Positions 1-12,079 are shown, counted from the first letter of the stretch. The stretch: 64,000 bases of DNA from Octopus bimaculoides (GCF_001194135.2 NC_068989.1:95359229-95423228); one strand, 5' to 3'. Program-made: numbers and translations. Notes: generated from the letters alone by a model not told the origin.

Positions 1-173
1 TCTCTTTTCATTTTTCATTCTTTTGCTAATTTCAGCTCAAGTACAGTGGTCGTGCGAAGGTACCACTATTATTTATTTATTTATTTTTTATTTTTATTTT
101 TATTTTCTTCTTCTTATTTTTTTCTAATGTATATAGGCGAAAGTTGCAAACATATCTATGCATATATGCACAC

Positions 174-209
<36 letters not shown>

Positions 210-875
210 ACACATATATATAACGGGGGTAGCTGATGAAGGAAAATGTTCTCTATGTGGCTTGTGTGTTTTCTGTACTCTGGTTATTATTATTTTCTTG
301 TCTACGTTTTGTTTGCAATGTCCTGTACCCAGATATGCACCTATATATACAGGTAGACGTAGGTATGCACATACCTGTGCGTATATATGCATATACTCAT
401 TTATTATTGTTTTACATGATCGAACGCCTGCGTCATCCCTGTTGTAAGTAGTTCTCAACTTTATATTTTCTGACGCGACTCTATCTCTTTNNNNNNNNNN
501 NNNNNNNNNNNNNNNNNNNNNNNNNNNNNNNNNNNNNNNNNNNNNNNNNNNNNNNNNNNNNNNNNNNNNNNNNNNNNNNNNNNNNNNNNNNNNNNNNNNN
601 NNNNNNNNNNNNNNNNNNNNNNNNNNNNNNNNNNNNNNNNNNNNNNNNNNNNNNNNNNNNNNNNNNNNNNNNNNNNNNNNNNNNNNNNNNNNNNNNNNNN
701 NNNNNNNNNNNNNNNNNNNNNNNNNNNNNNNNNNNNNNNNNNNNNNNNNNNNNNNNNNNNNNNNNNNNNNNNNNNNNNNNNNNNNNNNNNNNNNNNNNNN
801 NNNNNNNNNNNNNNNNNNNNNNNNNNNNNNNNNNNNNNNNNNNNNNNNNNNNNNNNNNNNNNNNTATATGCACAC

Positions 876-911
<36 letters not shown>

Positions 912-1109
912 ACACATATATATAACGGGGGTAGCTGATGAAGGAAAATGTTCTCTATGTGGCTTGTGTGTTTTCTGTACTCTGGTTATTATTATTTTCT
1001 TGTCTACGTTTTGTTTGCAATGTCCTGTACCCAGATATGCACCTATATATACAGGTAGACGTAGGTATGCACATACCTGTAGGTATATATGCATATACTC
1101 ATTTATTAT

Positions 1110-1115
<6 letters not shown>
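1..1115. repeat. Tandem ~483-bp unit, at least two copies spanning an N-gap
   Basis: 865-1115 repeats 163-~412 with only two substitutions (cctgtgcg vs cctgtagg). The sequence before the gap ends TCTCTTT (484-490), the same as position 1-7, giving a ~483-bp period. Confidence 0.7.
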
Positions 1116-1146
<31 letters not shown>

Positions 1147-1149
1147 CAT

Positions 1150-1330
1150 ACATATACATCTGCATTAGCATCATCATCATCATCGTTTAACATCTGCTTT
1201 CCATGCTGGCATGGGTTGGATGGTTTGATTGAAAACTGGTGATCCAGAAGGCTGCACCAGGCTCCAATCTGATCTTGCAAAGTTTCTACAGCTAGATGCC
1301 CTTCCTATCGCCAACTACTCTGAGAGTGTA
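1150..1330 (-). mobile_element. Family A retroposon, (GAT)n-tailed SINE/LINE-tail
   Basis: catcatcatcgtttaac...ccatgctggcatgggttggatgg...gatgcccttcctatcgccaac; the same sequence recurs at 4170, 18612, 37640, 41085 and 60160. Confidence 0.8.
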
Positions 1331-1378
1331 GTGGGTAATTTTACATGCCAACGGCATGAGGGCCAGTCAGACGGTTCT

Positions 1379-1605
1379 GGCAACGACCACGCTCAAAAGG
1401 TGTTTTTACGTGCTACCTGGATGGGAGCCAGTCCGGTGGCACTGGCAACAGCCACGCTTGAATGTTGTTTTTCACGTGCCACCAGCAAAGTGCCAGTAAG
1501 GCGACACTGGCAATGATTATGCTCAAATGGTGCTTTTCACATGTCACCAGCATGGGAGCCAATCCGTGGCCCTGTCAACGATTACACTCGGAGGTGCTTT
1601 TAACG
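1379..1605. repeat. 65-bp tandem repeat, ~3.5 copies
   Basis: ggcaacgaccacgctc...tttttacgtg...gccagt units start at 1379, 1444, 1509 and 1574. Confidence 0.75.
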
Positions 1606-1785
1606 TTCCATTCCACAAAATAAGAGGATACTGGGGAGCATCATAAGAGGGATGAATCTCTGAAACATATTTAAGGTTGTTATCTCGAGCACGAATGAGA
1701 ATATCATGATTTTCATGGGGATCACCTACCATAAGGATGGCTACTTCATTAGTTGTGGGATCATTAAAATGGTGTAAACTGTCCG
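1595..1785 (-). mobile_element. Helitron Rep/helicase fragment
   Basis: Minus translation FNDPTTNEVAILMVGDPHENHDILIRARDNNLKYVSEIHPSYDAPQYPLILWNG matches the Helitron motif FNxPTxxEVA...SExHxSYDxLQYPL. Confidence 0.85.
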
Positions 1786-2988
1786 TTACTATAGTTTACT
1801 ACAGACATAATAGACACAGAAACACACACACACACTCACAGACACATAGACACTCATAGAATTGATATTGAAAACAGCAAAACGTACACACACAAAGTTC
1901 AAACGAAATGTGGTCAATATAGGTGCAAAACATACTTTCTGCAACATAATTATGCTATAAAATTTTCCTTTTGAGAATATTTCCAAAAGAAATATTCCAG
2001 CATCAGAAAGTCACCAATTTAGCAAAAATCATTATGCGTCACCAATGTAACATAGTACAGAAAGTCAACATTTCAGGATTGAATGAAGAAAGTCAAACTC
2101 TAAGAAAATTCTGGAGGTGTAATTCAATTTTTCATACAAAAATAATTTATTATTTTACAATTTTTAAACAAACGGTGAACAAAGTGAGTACAAAGGAATA
2201 TGTTGCCATTGTGAACGTTAATTAATTAAAAACATTTGCTGAAGGATGTATGTGCAAGACATAAATTAATTTGACATCACTTGCTATATATTTTAACTGT
2301 GTAAGGTCATAGGTTGTGGAATAAATGCTGACTAATGCAGTAAAAAGGTTGCGTGGGGTTGAATATTGTTAAAGTAGCAAAGCAGGAATACAATAAAGAC
2401 GCTAGGACTGTTAAAAAAGCATTATCTTCAAACTGGTTATAAGAACTGGAATAACATTTCTGTAATTCTATTGAAAGAGCTGCTAAGGCTTTCTACGTCG
2501 CCAAGTTTCCAAATTTGTTGTATTAACCAGAATAACATTTTCTTTCAGATATATTTGCAAGTGTTGTGAGTGCTGTCAAATCAGCCAAATCTCCATGTTG
2601 GTAATAAAAAGACAGAATAATATTTCAGCACATAAGTAGTGGTAATCATTACTGCAACACTCCATGATGTAAAAGAAAATCCAATCAGTGGAACTTCAAA
2701 GTGAACGCGGTTGTTCGTTTGACGTCCAGATCACAACTAAACTAAACTCTTTCAAATTCGGTGCATTTCACTGTTGGGTGGTACAGTCACATACATATAC
2801 TAAGACAGACACACACAGACATACATTCACGCACACCTCGGGACTATCTTTGTCCCTTTGTTTGTCTGTCTCTGTCTTTAGTGACCTGAAGTCAGCTCTG
2901 ATCAAACAGACCAATGATCAGAGGTATTCCAGCCATGACACTCCCATCTGTGTTTCCCCACTTTTATAGCAATATACCAACTATTGAA

Positions 2989-3192
2989 TGAACCATTTTG
3001 ACTGGAACCCCACTGAGTTCTGATGCAACTTCCTGCATACAAAACTTTCTGCTTTAAACTCATCAAAATTAAAACTTTCTAAACATCAGCTTAATAATGG
3101 CAAAGTTATTCCAGCAAGTCCTTCATTAATTTCAAAATTAATTGAAACAGAGGCAGTGTGTTGCATCAGAAATATGGTAACAGAATGGTTAA
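2989..3192. mobile_element. Small MITE-like element with imperfect terminal inverted repeats
   Basis: Left end aaccattttg...ttctgatgcaac; right end gttgcatcagaa...cagaatggttaa. Ends in GGTTAA, suggesting a piggyBac-type TTAA target. Confidence 0.5.
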
Positions 3193-3554
3193 GATGTATA
3201 TGGAGGTTCTTGTTGCAGTTGTTGTTGCTGCTGCTTAGCCCCACAGCCACCACCATCACCACCACCACCATCACCGCTTCCAGTTCGACTCTGATCGAGT
3301 TGAGCTTCTGCTTTTGTAAGATGGCAGGGTGTGTTTAAAGATAAATTTGGCTGCTATTATGGGCGTGGCTATATTGAAGGTCTTTCATTGCGAATGACTG
3401 GTAAAGAAGAAAAAATATATTCAGACCTTTATTACTTGTGACTAACGAGTTTGACTAAAGAATCAGGAAGAAGATAAGAATGAGAAGATAAGTAGAAAGC
3501 ACCTGTGAGTCACAAGTGCTTTCTACACACACACACACACACACATACACTTGA

Positions 3555-3730
3555 CTCCTAGTGTTCATTTGTTTATGTCTTAATGACTTAGTAGTTTGGC
3601 AAAAGAGACCAATAGAATAAGTACTAGACTTTTTAAAAGTAAGTCCTGGAGTCAATTTTTTTGACTAAAACCCTTCAAGATAGTGCCCCAGCTTGGCCAC
3701 AGTTCATTGATTGAAATGAGTAAAAGAGAG
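3555..3730 (+). mobile_element. Family B tRNA-SINE, 3' half
   Basis: ggcaaaagagaccaatagaataagtactag...ccccagcttggccacagt, homologous to the full copy at 63556-63942. Confidence 0.75.
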
Positions 3731-3829
3731 AAGATGACATTTCTATGACTGTCGTTGCTAGAATCCCAACATTTGGGTTTGTTTTTGTGGTTTTTGTCTT
3801 TTATTTGTTAGGTTCTGGAGGAAGGAACC

Positions 3830-4140
3830 ATATCCATGGTTTCCACAGACATTCTAAGACCAGTGAGACATTCACTTTGAACAGTCGCATGTCAACAACT
3901 GTGAGAAAAACATGCAGAAGTGGTGGGTGGTGGGTGGGGGTGAAGAATTCCAGAGGGATGACATTCTTGAGAGAAAAGATTGGATGGGAAACCAGGAGTG
4001 AGGGAAGAGGGTTGTGAATTGAATAAGGTTGACAAAAAGAAGAGAAATGTGGGAGTCAGAAGTATCCGAATAGACTGTGGTATGAGATCAGTCAATTCTG
4101 AGGAACAGGGGCCATTGTTATTAGAAGCAACAAGCCCCAA
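3830..4140 (-). mobile_element. CR1/L2-like LINE 3' fragment, decayed
   Basis: Minus frames give GPCSSELTDLIP...FLSRMSSLWNS...VDMRLFKVNVS, the typical CR1-group RT C-terminal tail (CSSEL...SFxPRTSxLWNSLP...FK). Confidence 0.65.
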
Positions 4141-4169
4141 AAGGACAGGATTTGGAGTGTGTTTGTGAT

Positions 4170-4380
4170 TTCCATGCTGGGCACCATGTAAAAAGCACCC
4201 AATACCCTCAGTAAAGCTGTTGGTGTAAGGAAGGGCGTCCAGTTGTAGAAACCATGCCAAACAGACGATTGGGACCTGCTGCAGCTCTTCAGCTGGCCAG
4301 CTCCTGTCAAACCATCCAACCCATGCCAGCATGGAAAATGGACATAAAATAATGATGATGATGATGATGATGATGATGAT
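4170..4380 (+). mobile_element. Family A retroposon
   Basis: gcaccatgtaaaaagcaccc...gttggtgtaaggaagggcgtccagttgtagaaacc...ccaacccatgccagcatgg plus a (GAT)n tail. Confidence 0.8.
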
Positions 4381-4399
4381 ACAATTATCATCATTGCCC

Positions 4400-4800
4400 C
4401 CTTTTTGCTGTTTAGTTGTATTATTATCACCACAGTGATGTTACTGCTGTTGTTTTTGGCCCCTTTGCTGCTGTTATCCCTGTTGGTGCTGCTCCTATCA
4501 CCATACCCCTGTTAACCTTCTACCATTACTTCTACACTTTAATGCTGTCACCAGACCATTACTGCCACCAGACATTAAAAAAAAAATACTGCAGTTAACA
4601 CTATACCATTGCTGCTGCATTTACCATTATAACCATTTTGGCCATTGCAGCTATTTTTACACTACTACAGCTACTACTACTGCCATCACCATACCGTTAC
4701 TACTACTGCTACTACTATTATAGTTATCATCAGACCATTGCTACTCTAGCAACTGCTACTGCCACTACTACTACTACTACTACTACTACTGGCATTATGC
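4400..4800. repeat. Low-complexity CTA/ACT/ACC-rich tract
   Basis: Degenerate trinucleotide repeats (ctactactact, ccatcacc). Confidence 0.7.
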
Positions 4801-5445
4801 AGTAAAGGTAGGTGGGGATCATGTGCCAAATTATTCAATTAAATATCAAAAAATAAAATAAAATAAAAGTTGACAGTTATATTTTAAAATTAAAAGTATT
4901 GTGGTTGTTTTTGTCTTTGTTTTGTAAATGTTATGGGTGATTTAATTTTAATTTAAACAACAGAGATGTCTTTTTATATTAAATTTTCATGTATCAGATA
5001 TTAGGTTTTGAGTCTTTCATTGATGACAAGATGACCTTTTCATTCATAAATTAACAACACTTGACAAACAATCTCTCATTTTTTTTTCTCCCTCTGTCTA
5101 CAAAAAACGAAATCTCTCTAATCTCTGGAATCTGAAAATTTTGGCTTAAAACAAAGTGTGAAAATTGTTTCTAGGCGTAATTAGTGGTTTGAGTTTTATT
5201 TATTAGGCGTCAGGTAGCTGCTTCTTTGGTGACCCATTTTTACAGACAGTCTAATGATATGTAAATATGTATATTCCAATAGGTTAATCTATGCAGCTTA
5301 TTGCAAAGAGTTAATCTTTTACTTGTTTCAGTCATTTGCTTGTAGCCATACTGGGGCACCACCTTAAAAGGTTGAACAAATTTACCCCAGTTACTTATTT
5401 TAAGTTTAATTCTTATTCTACTAATATCTTTCAATGAGCCACTAA

Positions 5446-5643
5446 GTCACAGGGATGTAAACAAACCAACACGCACACACACACAAAGGGCTTAACCACA
5501 GTTTCCATCTTCCAAACTCATTCAGAAGGCATCTGGTTGGCCTAAGGCTATTGCAAAAGACTTTTGTCCAAGATGCTTATCCTGTGGGACTGATTCCAGA
5601 ACCATGTGGCTGCCAAGTGGACTTCTTAACCACAAGGCCATGC
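5446..5643 (-). mobile_element. Family B tRNA-SINE, partial
   Basis: Reverse complement of the head and body of the 63556 copy (agtttccatc...gggactgattccagaaccatgtgg...cttaaccac). Confidence 0.7.
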
Positions 5644-5669
5644 CCCTACCTCAATATATATTTATTTAC

Positions 5670-5860
5670 AAGACAGCAAGCTGGCAGAAATATTAACACA
5701 CTGGGCAAAATGCTTGTCTGAGTTCTAGCTCCACCGAGGTCGACTTTGCCTTTCATCATTTCAGGGTCGATAAATCAAGTACCAGTTGTGTACCAAGATC
5801 GGTCTAATTGACTGGCCTCTTCCCTCAAAATTTCGGGCCTTGTGCCTAGAGTAGAAAAGA
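5670..5860 (+). mobile_element. Family C tRNA-SINE
   Basis: gctggcagaaa...gaggtcgactttgcctttcatc...aagtaccagtt...ggccttgtgcc; about ten other copies in the window. Confidence 0.8.
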
Positions 5861-5919
5861 ATATATATTTATTTATATATTTATTTTATTCCTCCACATC
5901 CTGTTTTTATTTCTTGTTG

Positions 5920-6320
5920 GTTGATGAAGCATCACAAGCACAAGAAGTGAACCATGAATTGGAACAACTAAGAATCCAAAAGCAGGGACTAAGCAAGGAC
6001 CAGCTTCTGAAACCTGTTGCCAAACATTGGGCCTTTGAACACAAGGTGACACTCTGTAACTGGTGGAATTATGAGGAGATAATCCGTTATGAATTTGTAG
6101 TAGTTGGTGAAACCATTGATGTCAATCTGTAGTGGAACAAACAGCAGGAGTGGATGTCTGCCATTGTGAGTCAAAAATACCCAGCAATGGTCAACCGAAA
6201 ATAAGCTTTTCTTCAACAAGACATCACAGAATCTCATATCACTTGACTGACCCTGAATAAACTTCAAGAACTTAAGGGAATTGAACTGATGCCACACCCA
6301 GCATATAGTGCAGGTATAAG
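5920..6320 (+). mobile_element. Mariner transposase remnant (catalytic domain)
   Basis: KVTLCNWWNYEEIIRYEFV...QKYPAMVNRK*AFLQQD...LQELKGIELMPHPAYS corresponds to mariner KVMLCVWW...LLQQDNARPH...LPHPAYSPDL. Contains stops and frameshifts. Confidence 0.85.
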
Positions 6321-6416
6321 AAAACGAGATGACAAAGGAATAAACAATTGTGGCTTGTTTCTGCAATAAGATGCAGTGGACTTGTAGTTGAGTGCCTGAA
6401 TAACGTCTTTGCTCAG

Positions 6417-6471
6417 GCATCTGACGATGAATCTATCGCATCCTAGAGCAGAAACAGCTGTAAGCTAATGC
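6417..6471 (+). ncRNA. Hammerhead-ribozyme-like motif (type I)
   Basis: CUGACGA 6421-6427; stem II closed by U6428-A6450 and G6429-C6449 with inner UCUA/UAGA; GAAA 6451-6454; palindrome ACAGCUGU 6454-6461; GUA site. Stem I pairs poorly in register. Confidence 0.5.
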
Positions 6472-6594
6472 AGTGCATAAAATAAATGTTTATTCCTTTG
6501 ACATCTCATTTTCTTATTACCATTCTCTACTTGACTGATGCTTCACTCTGAAGTAGATGTATATTGAGTTCTATATGTAGACATAGATAGATAT

Positions 6595-6609
6595 ACAGAC
6601 AGACAGACG

Positions 6610-6665
<56 letters not shown>
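6595..6665. repeat. (AGAT)n tetranucleotide microsatellite
   Basis: Direct reading. Confidence 0.95.
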
Positions 6666-7014
6666 CATTCAACCTATACCATCCATTCTTCTTCCAGATA
6701 TTACTGTTGTGCTTTTACTTTCTGCTCAGTCAAGCTGACACAACAATTCTCTTAAATATTTTTCTTCTGTTAGTACTTTAGATTTTGCACAATTTTCTCT
6801 TGTCAAATTTTTATTTATTCATATATTTCTCTTTCTGAAATTTTTTCTTTGAATAAATTCTCGAAAATTCAATTCAACATTCAGATATGAAAATCTGATG
6901 AAACATTTGTCTTTTTTGGTTTTTTTTTCTTTAACTTATTTACTGTTGGGAATGGGTGGGTTTATTTTTTTTAATGTTTTCTATTATTTTTGTCTGCTTA
7001 GTTTTTCTCCCCAG

Positions 7015-7019
7015 TACAC

Positions 7020-7057
<38 letters not shown>

Positions 7058-7147
7058 CACACACACACAAACAATATATATATTGTTACACATATACACA
7101 TATATATATATATATACATACATATATATATATACATATATATATAT

Positions 7148-7194
<47 letters not shown>

Positions 7195-7215
7195 TGTATG
7201 TATGTATGTATATAT
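7015..7215. repeat. Compound (CA)n/(TA)n microsatellite
   Basis: Direct reading; explains the HT/YI ORFs. Confidence 0.95.
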
Positions 7216-7713
7216 AATTTGTTTTGTTTAAGCTTTGAATATTGAGATAAATACATGTCTGTAATATGTCCCTTGTATGAAAAAGAAAACACAAACCCAA
7301 ATAAAAGAAGAGCATAAGAAAAGAGAAGGAAATGTAATTCTCTCCCTTGTTTTGTCATTACCAAACACCTTTATTAAAAGCTTTGTTTCTTTTCATTTCT
7401 TTGTTTTTATAGCTGTGGAAAATGAAGAAATATATTTCTCTTAAACAATTTTTGGCATTGTTTTGTTTTGTTTCATTTTATTTTATTTTACATTGTTTTG
7501 TTTATGTAGCTTTTGTTTTTGCTTGTTTGTTTGTTTCCTTTTTTCTTTTCCTAAACTTTATTTTTCCTCTGCTTACATAAATTTGTTGCTTGCATGCTTT
7601 GCAGGAAATTCAGACATTTGCACAGACTGTTGAAGCGTGTATTTTGCAACTTGGTGTTACATCATAGGCTTCACTTTGAGATGGCAGGAATTGTAAACAG
7701 AATCAGAACTGAG

Positions 7714-7758
<45 letters not shown>

Positions 7759-8293
7759 ATATCTGTTTAAGTTTAACTACTGTACAAACTTAGACACTAG
7801 AAGACATTGATTGACCTACAAACTAGACATTGCTCAAACTACAAAGACAATAATACATACATACAAATNNNNNNNNNNNNNNNNNNNNATATATATATAT
7901 ATGTTGTTATGTCCTGTTATTTGTATTTGTGTAACATTCTCTGTTTTTTTTTATGTCCTTGTTTTTGTATACATTCACTGCTTTCTTCCAAGGAATCTAA
8001 TGCTCTAAGCTTAGTTTTTCCTTGGGGCTGGCCAGATTGGAGCAATCTCAAGTATAACCAACTAAAATTGCAAAGATAATCTGGAACTCGACTGAGGAAA
8101 GAAAACTCCGAATGACCCGTCCTTGTTTTCTTTGTATCGTCTGTCTGGATGTTTTGTTGTCCCTTTTTTGTATCATCTAACTGTCTGGATGTTTTGCGTT
8201 CTTGTCCCATTTTGTATTATATATATACATATATATATATATATATACATATGAACATACATGCAAACTTATATATTCATATAGGTACAATAT

Positions 8294-9430
8294 ATGCATA
8301 TATACAAGACCACAGGCACCAAACAATATCTAGTATTTAGTTCATGTCACCCAAGACATATCAAAACAAATGTCCCCTTCAACCTTGCAAGAAGGATGTG
8401 CACCATAGTGTCTAGAAAAAATACCAGAGTTCTAAGATTGCAAGAGCTTAAAAACGTACTCCAGAACAGGCACTGCCCAACTCAACTCATAAATGAAGGC
8501 ATTAAACGTACAAAATCGACTGATATTAAAACATTAAGAAAAGCCATACACAACAATACACCTATCTTTAAAACAGTCTTATGTCTCCACATTCAACCCC
8601 AGAAACAAAGAAGCATTTAAAATCATTGTCCAATACTCCATAAGGACCCCAAACTTAAGGAAATTTTGCATAACCAAAAGACCATTAAGAGCATCAAACA
8701 ACCTAAGACATTAAAGAAGATCCTCACAGATGCCAAACTATTCTCTAGAACAACAGATGCAAGAGTCAAAAAGTGTGGTCGCCCTAATTGCAGAATATGT
8801 CCCAATCTGTTAGAAGGATCAGAATTCCATTTCAGACAAGAGAAAATTTTCAAAATCGAATCTTACTTCACTTGCACCTTCCAAGTATTTATGTAATCAG
8901 ATGCTTGGGCTGCCATACACACTATGTTGATTCACCAGGAATGTTGCTCAGACAGAGATGTACGGTCCACAGACAACAAATATCCTCCCCACAATATCGC
9001 CAAATATATCTGTCAACACATTGACAAATGTGCAGAATGATTACAACCATAATTTGTAATTTTCCCATTTTATCAACTTGCTTTCTGGACCTCAATGCAA
9101 GTAAGACTGAATAAAGAAGGCCCATTTATTTCAAAATATAAACTAGAATTAAATATGGACCCATATTAAAAATAAAAGACTTACCCCTTCTATTGTAAGA
9201 TATAAGCCAGAACAAAATACAGAACAAAAATAAAAATTGCAGATTTACCTCCCCTCTACTGTAGAATAAATGAGTGAACAATTATCTCCTCAAGTAATAT
9301 GTCTTTCCCCTAGCAATATGTCTATTTTACTACCCTAAGCTTGATGAGCAATGCAAAACCAGTTCTTACTTTAATTATGTTAAAGAACAAAATCTTATTT
9401 TGTACAGGATTTTTTAATATCTTTATTATT
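8294..9430 (+). mobile_element. Penelope-like element (PLE), 5'-truncated: RT thumb plus GIY-YIG endonuclease, frameshifted
   Basis: YLVFSSCHPRHIKTNVPFNLARRMCTIVS (PLE RT thumb), then KCGRPNCRICPNL...FTC and IYVIRCLGCHTHYVDSPG...LRQRCTVHRQQI (GIY-YIG with Cys/His motif), spread over three frames. Confidence 0.9.
9341..9364 (+). ncRNA. Decayed minimal hammerhead motif at the PLE 3' end
   Basis: (U)UGAUGA GC AAU GC (A)AAA CCAGUU: two core transitions (C3U, G12A). The position matches where PLE terminal repeats carry hammerheads. Confidence 0.5.
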
Positions 9431-9502
9431 ATGACTGTAATATACTCCTTAATCCTGTAAAATAAATTTTCCTTGTTTTTTCATCTTTTCTCTTTCTGTG
9501 TG

Positions 9503-9561
<59 letters not shown>

Positions 9562-10141
9562 TCATGTGTGTGTGTGTGTGTATATATATATATTTTCTTT
9601 TTTACTTTATTTCTTTTCTGTGCATCATGTGGCTGCAATCATGCTGGAGCACCACTTTGACATTGTATTCTTTCGTCCACAGCCCTCCCATGTGGTTGAT
9701 TTCTTCTGCGTGCTGAGATTTCATATCTTAAACAAAATAACTTGTTGCTTGACTAGAATTTCACTCCTTCAATCCCAACAGAAACAGCACAAGTATAATA
9801 TTTAAAATTGTTGCTCATACACAAAAGTGGTAACCAAGGAAACCAATTTTCAAATAATGCCATCTGAAGGTGAAGAAAAGAATCTAAATATTTATACATA
9901 TTGAGAAAGTAAAATTGAATTTTAAAAAAAACAGTTGTAAAACATTAAAAATACTAATAAATATAAACTGATAAATATTAATAAGTTAAATAAATAAGTA
10001 AATACATTAAATATGCGCATAAATAATCATTGTTTATCAAACAGCTAAAATTCAATTTGACATAAAGCAACACAATTGCATACACCACTGTTTTACACTA
10101 GAATACACAAATGAATGTGTGTATATATGTATGTGTATATA

Positions 10142-10808
10142 CAGGGGTTGAACAAAATAATGGAAACACCAAGCATCATAGCATCATAATTTTGAAATAT
10201 CTATAAAACCATCAAAAGCTTGTTTATTTTTATGTATTTTTAATTTATTATTAGTTTTGCTTAATATAGTTTGCTAAAATTGCTGTTTCTTTTCAGATAT
10301 CATCAGAAAAAGGTAATTAAATTCATTAAAACGACAGATCTATCGGACTTTCAAAGAGGTCAAATTGTTGGTGCTCGTATGGCAGGCGCTAGCATAATGA
10401 AAACAGCCAAAATGTTTGATGTATCATGAAGTACTGTCTCGAAAGTAATGACAGCCTTTGTGAAAGATGGAAAAAACATCCTCGTCAAAACAAAACTCCG
10501 GAAGAAAACCAAAACTTTCAGATCGGGCTCTTACGTGAATTGTTAGAATGTATCACAACAGTACAGCTCCCAAAATTACTGCAGAGCTTAATGACCTCGA
10601 GAACCCAGTTTCCACAAAAACTGTTCACTAGGAGCTGCACAAAGCCAGATTTCACAGGAGGGCTGCAATCAGAAAACCACTACTTTCAAAAACAAACATT
10701 GCAAAGCGTTTAGAGTGGAGTAAAAAACCTACAGAATTGGTCCCTACAGTAGTGGAATAATGTTATCTTCTCGGATGAGTCATCTTTTACCTTATTTCCA
10801 ACCACTGG
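10142..10808 (+). mobile_element. Tc1-like DNA transposon, 5' TIR plus N-terminal transposase, 3'-truncated
   Basis: TA|CAGGGGTTGAACAAAATAATGGAAACACC end; DLSDFQRGQIVGARMAGAS...SGRKPKLSDR...RKPLLSKTNIAKRLEW...NVIFSDESSF (HTH and first catalytic D). Confidence 0.9.
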
Positions 10809-11837
10809 CTGAGTATATGTGTGGAGACAGCCAAAAGAAGCATTTGAGTGAGTTGCTAGGCATGAGATTGAAACCAGAACAACACAGCATTTATTTTATA
10901 TCAAATCCAACTACACGAAGAAGGACAAAAAGATAGAGGTGAGAGAGAAAAAGAGAGAGTTGTTCCTTGCTGTATTTGAACTCTGATTAATGTTTTTGAA
11001 ACTGCACACCTCAGTAAACTATTTAGCTCACCACTCTGCCACCCATCCAAATCAACTCACACCCTTTCACCCACACACTCACACATTCAGTCTTTCTGAT
11101 GATGGAAATATAAAATTAATAGTTTTCAGATGTTAATCCCTATTGTTTAAGTACATCAGCCCTTCCATAGACACTAATTAGCTATTGTTTCACATTCACA
11201 ATGATGACAGCCCTACATTGACTACTGTTTAGCAATTGTTGAGAATTTGTAAACATTCCATTCATTGAAGAAATCTCTGGAAACTGTGCAACACTTTTGA
11301 AGCAGCAAACTTAGTGTAAAATTTGAAGACAACCTGCAATTACATGTTATATTTCATTATTATTCTCTCTTTCACTTCATTCAATAATTTTTTTCACTTC
11401 TTCCCATTTTTTATTTCTAATTTTTTTTTCTCATTTCTTCCTTCATTTTTTTCACCTTTTCTTTTCATTTTCGTTTTTCATTTCATTTTTTTTTAAATTT
11501 CGCTATTTTATTATTTTCTTGTTTTTCAAGTTCTATTTTTGGTAAATGGCATGTTGGCCACTCTTGGTTATAATAACATACAATTATTAATTCCGGCTTC
11601 ACAAATAATAAGACTTAATTTAGTGTCTGTGCTGTCGTAGTACAATTTATTATCTTCTTTGAAGATGTCTCCCCACCCCCACCCCACCCCACCTTATAAA
11701 CTTCTCTCACATTTTTATGGTCTTACTGTATGGTTATCAAACCAGTCTATTGATGAGCCAGCTGCTTGGTTGGCAGGAGTTCTTTTGTTTAAATTTCCTG
11801 AAAATGATAATAATAATAATAATGTTAGTTTCACATT

Positions 11838-12036
11838 TTGGCACAAGGCCAGTAACTTCAGGGGAGAGGAAAAGTCAATCACAACAACCCCAGTGTTCGA
11901 CTGGTATTTATTGACTCTGAAAGAATGAAAGGCAAAGTGGACCTCAGCAGAATCTGAACTTAGAACATGAAGATGGATGAAATGTTACTAAGCAGTTTGC
12001 TGCCTGACGAGATAACGATTTTCCCAGCTCACCGCC

Positions 12037-12040
<4 letters not shown>
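11838..12040 (-). mobile_element. Family C tRNA-SINE, followed by (TAA)n and a second partial copy to ~12190
   Basis: ggcacaaggcc...gaaaggcaaagtggacctcagcagaatctgaact...cagctcaccgcc. Confidence 0.8.
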
Positions 12041-12079
<39 letters not shown>

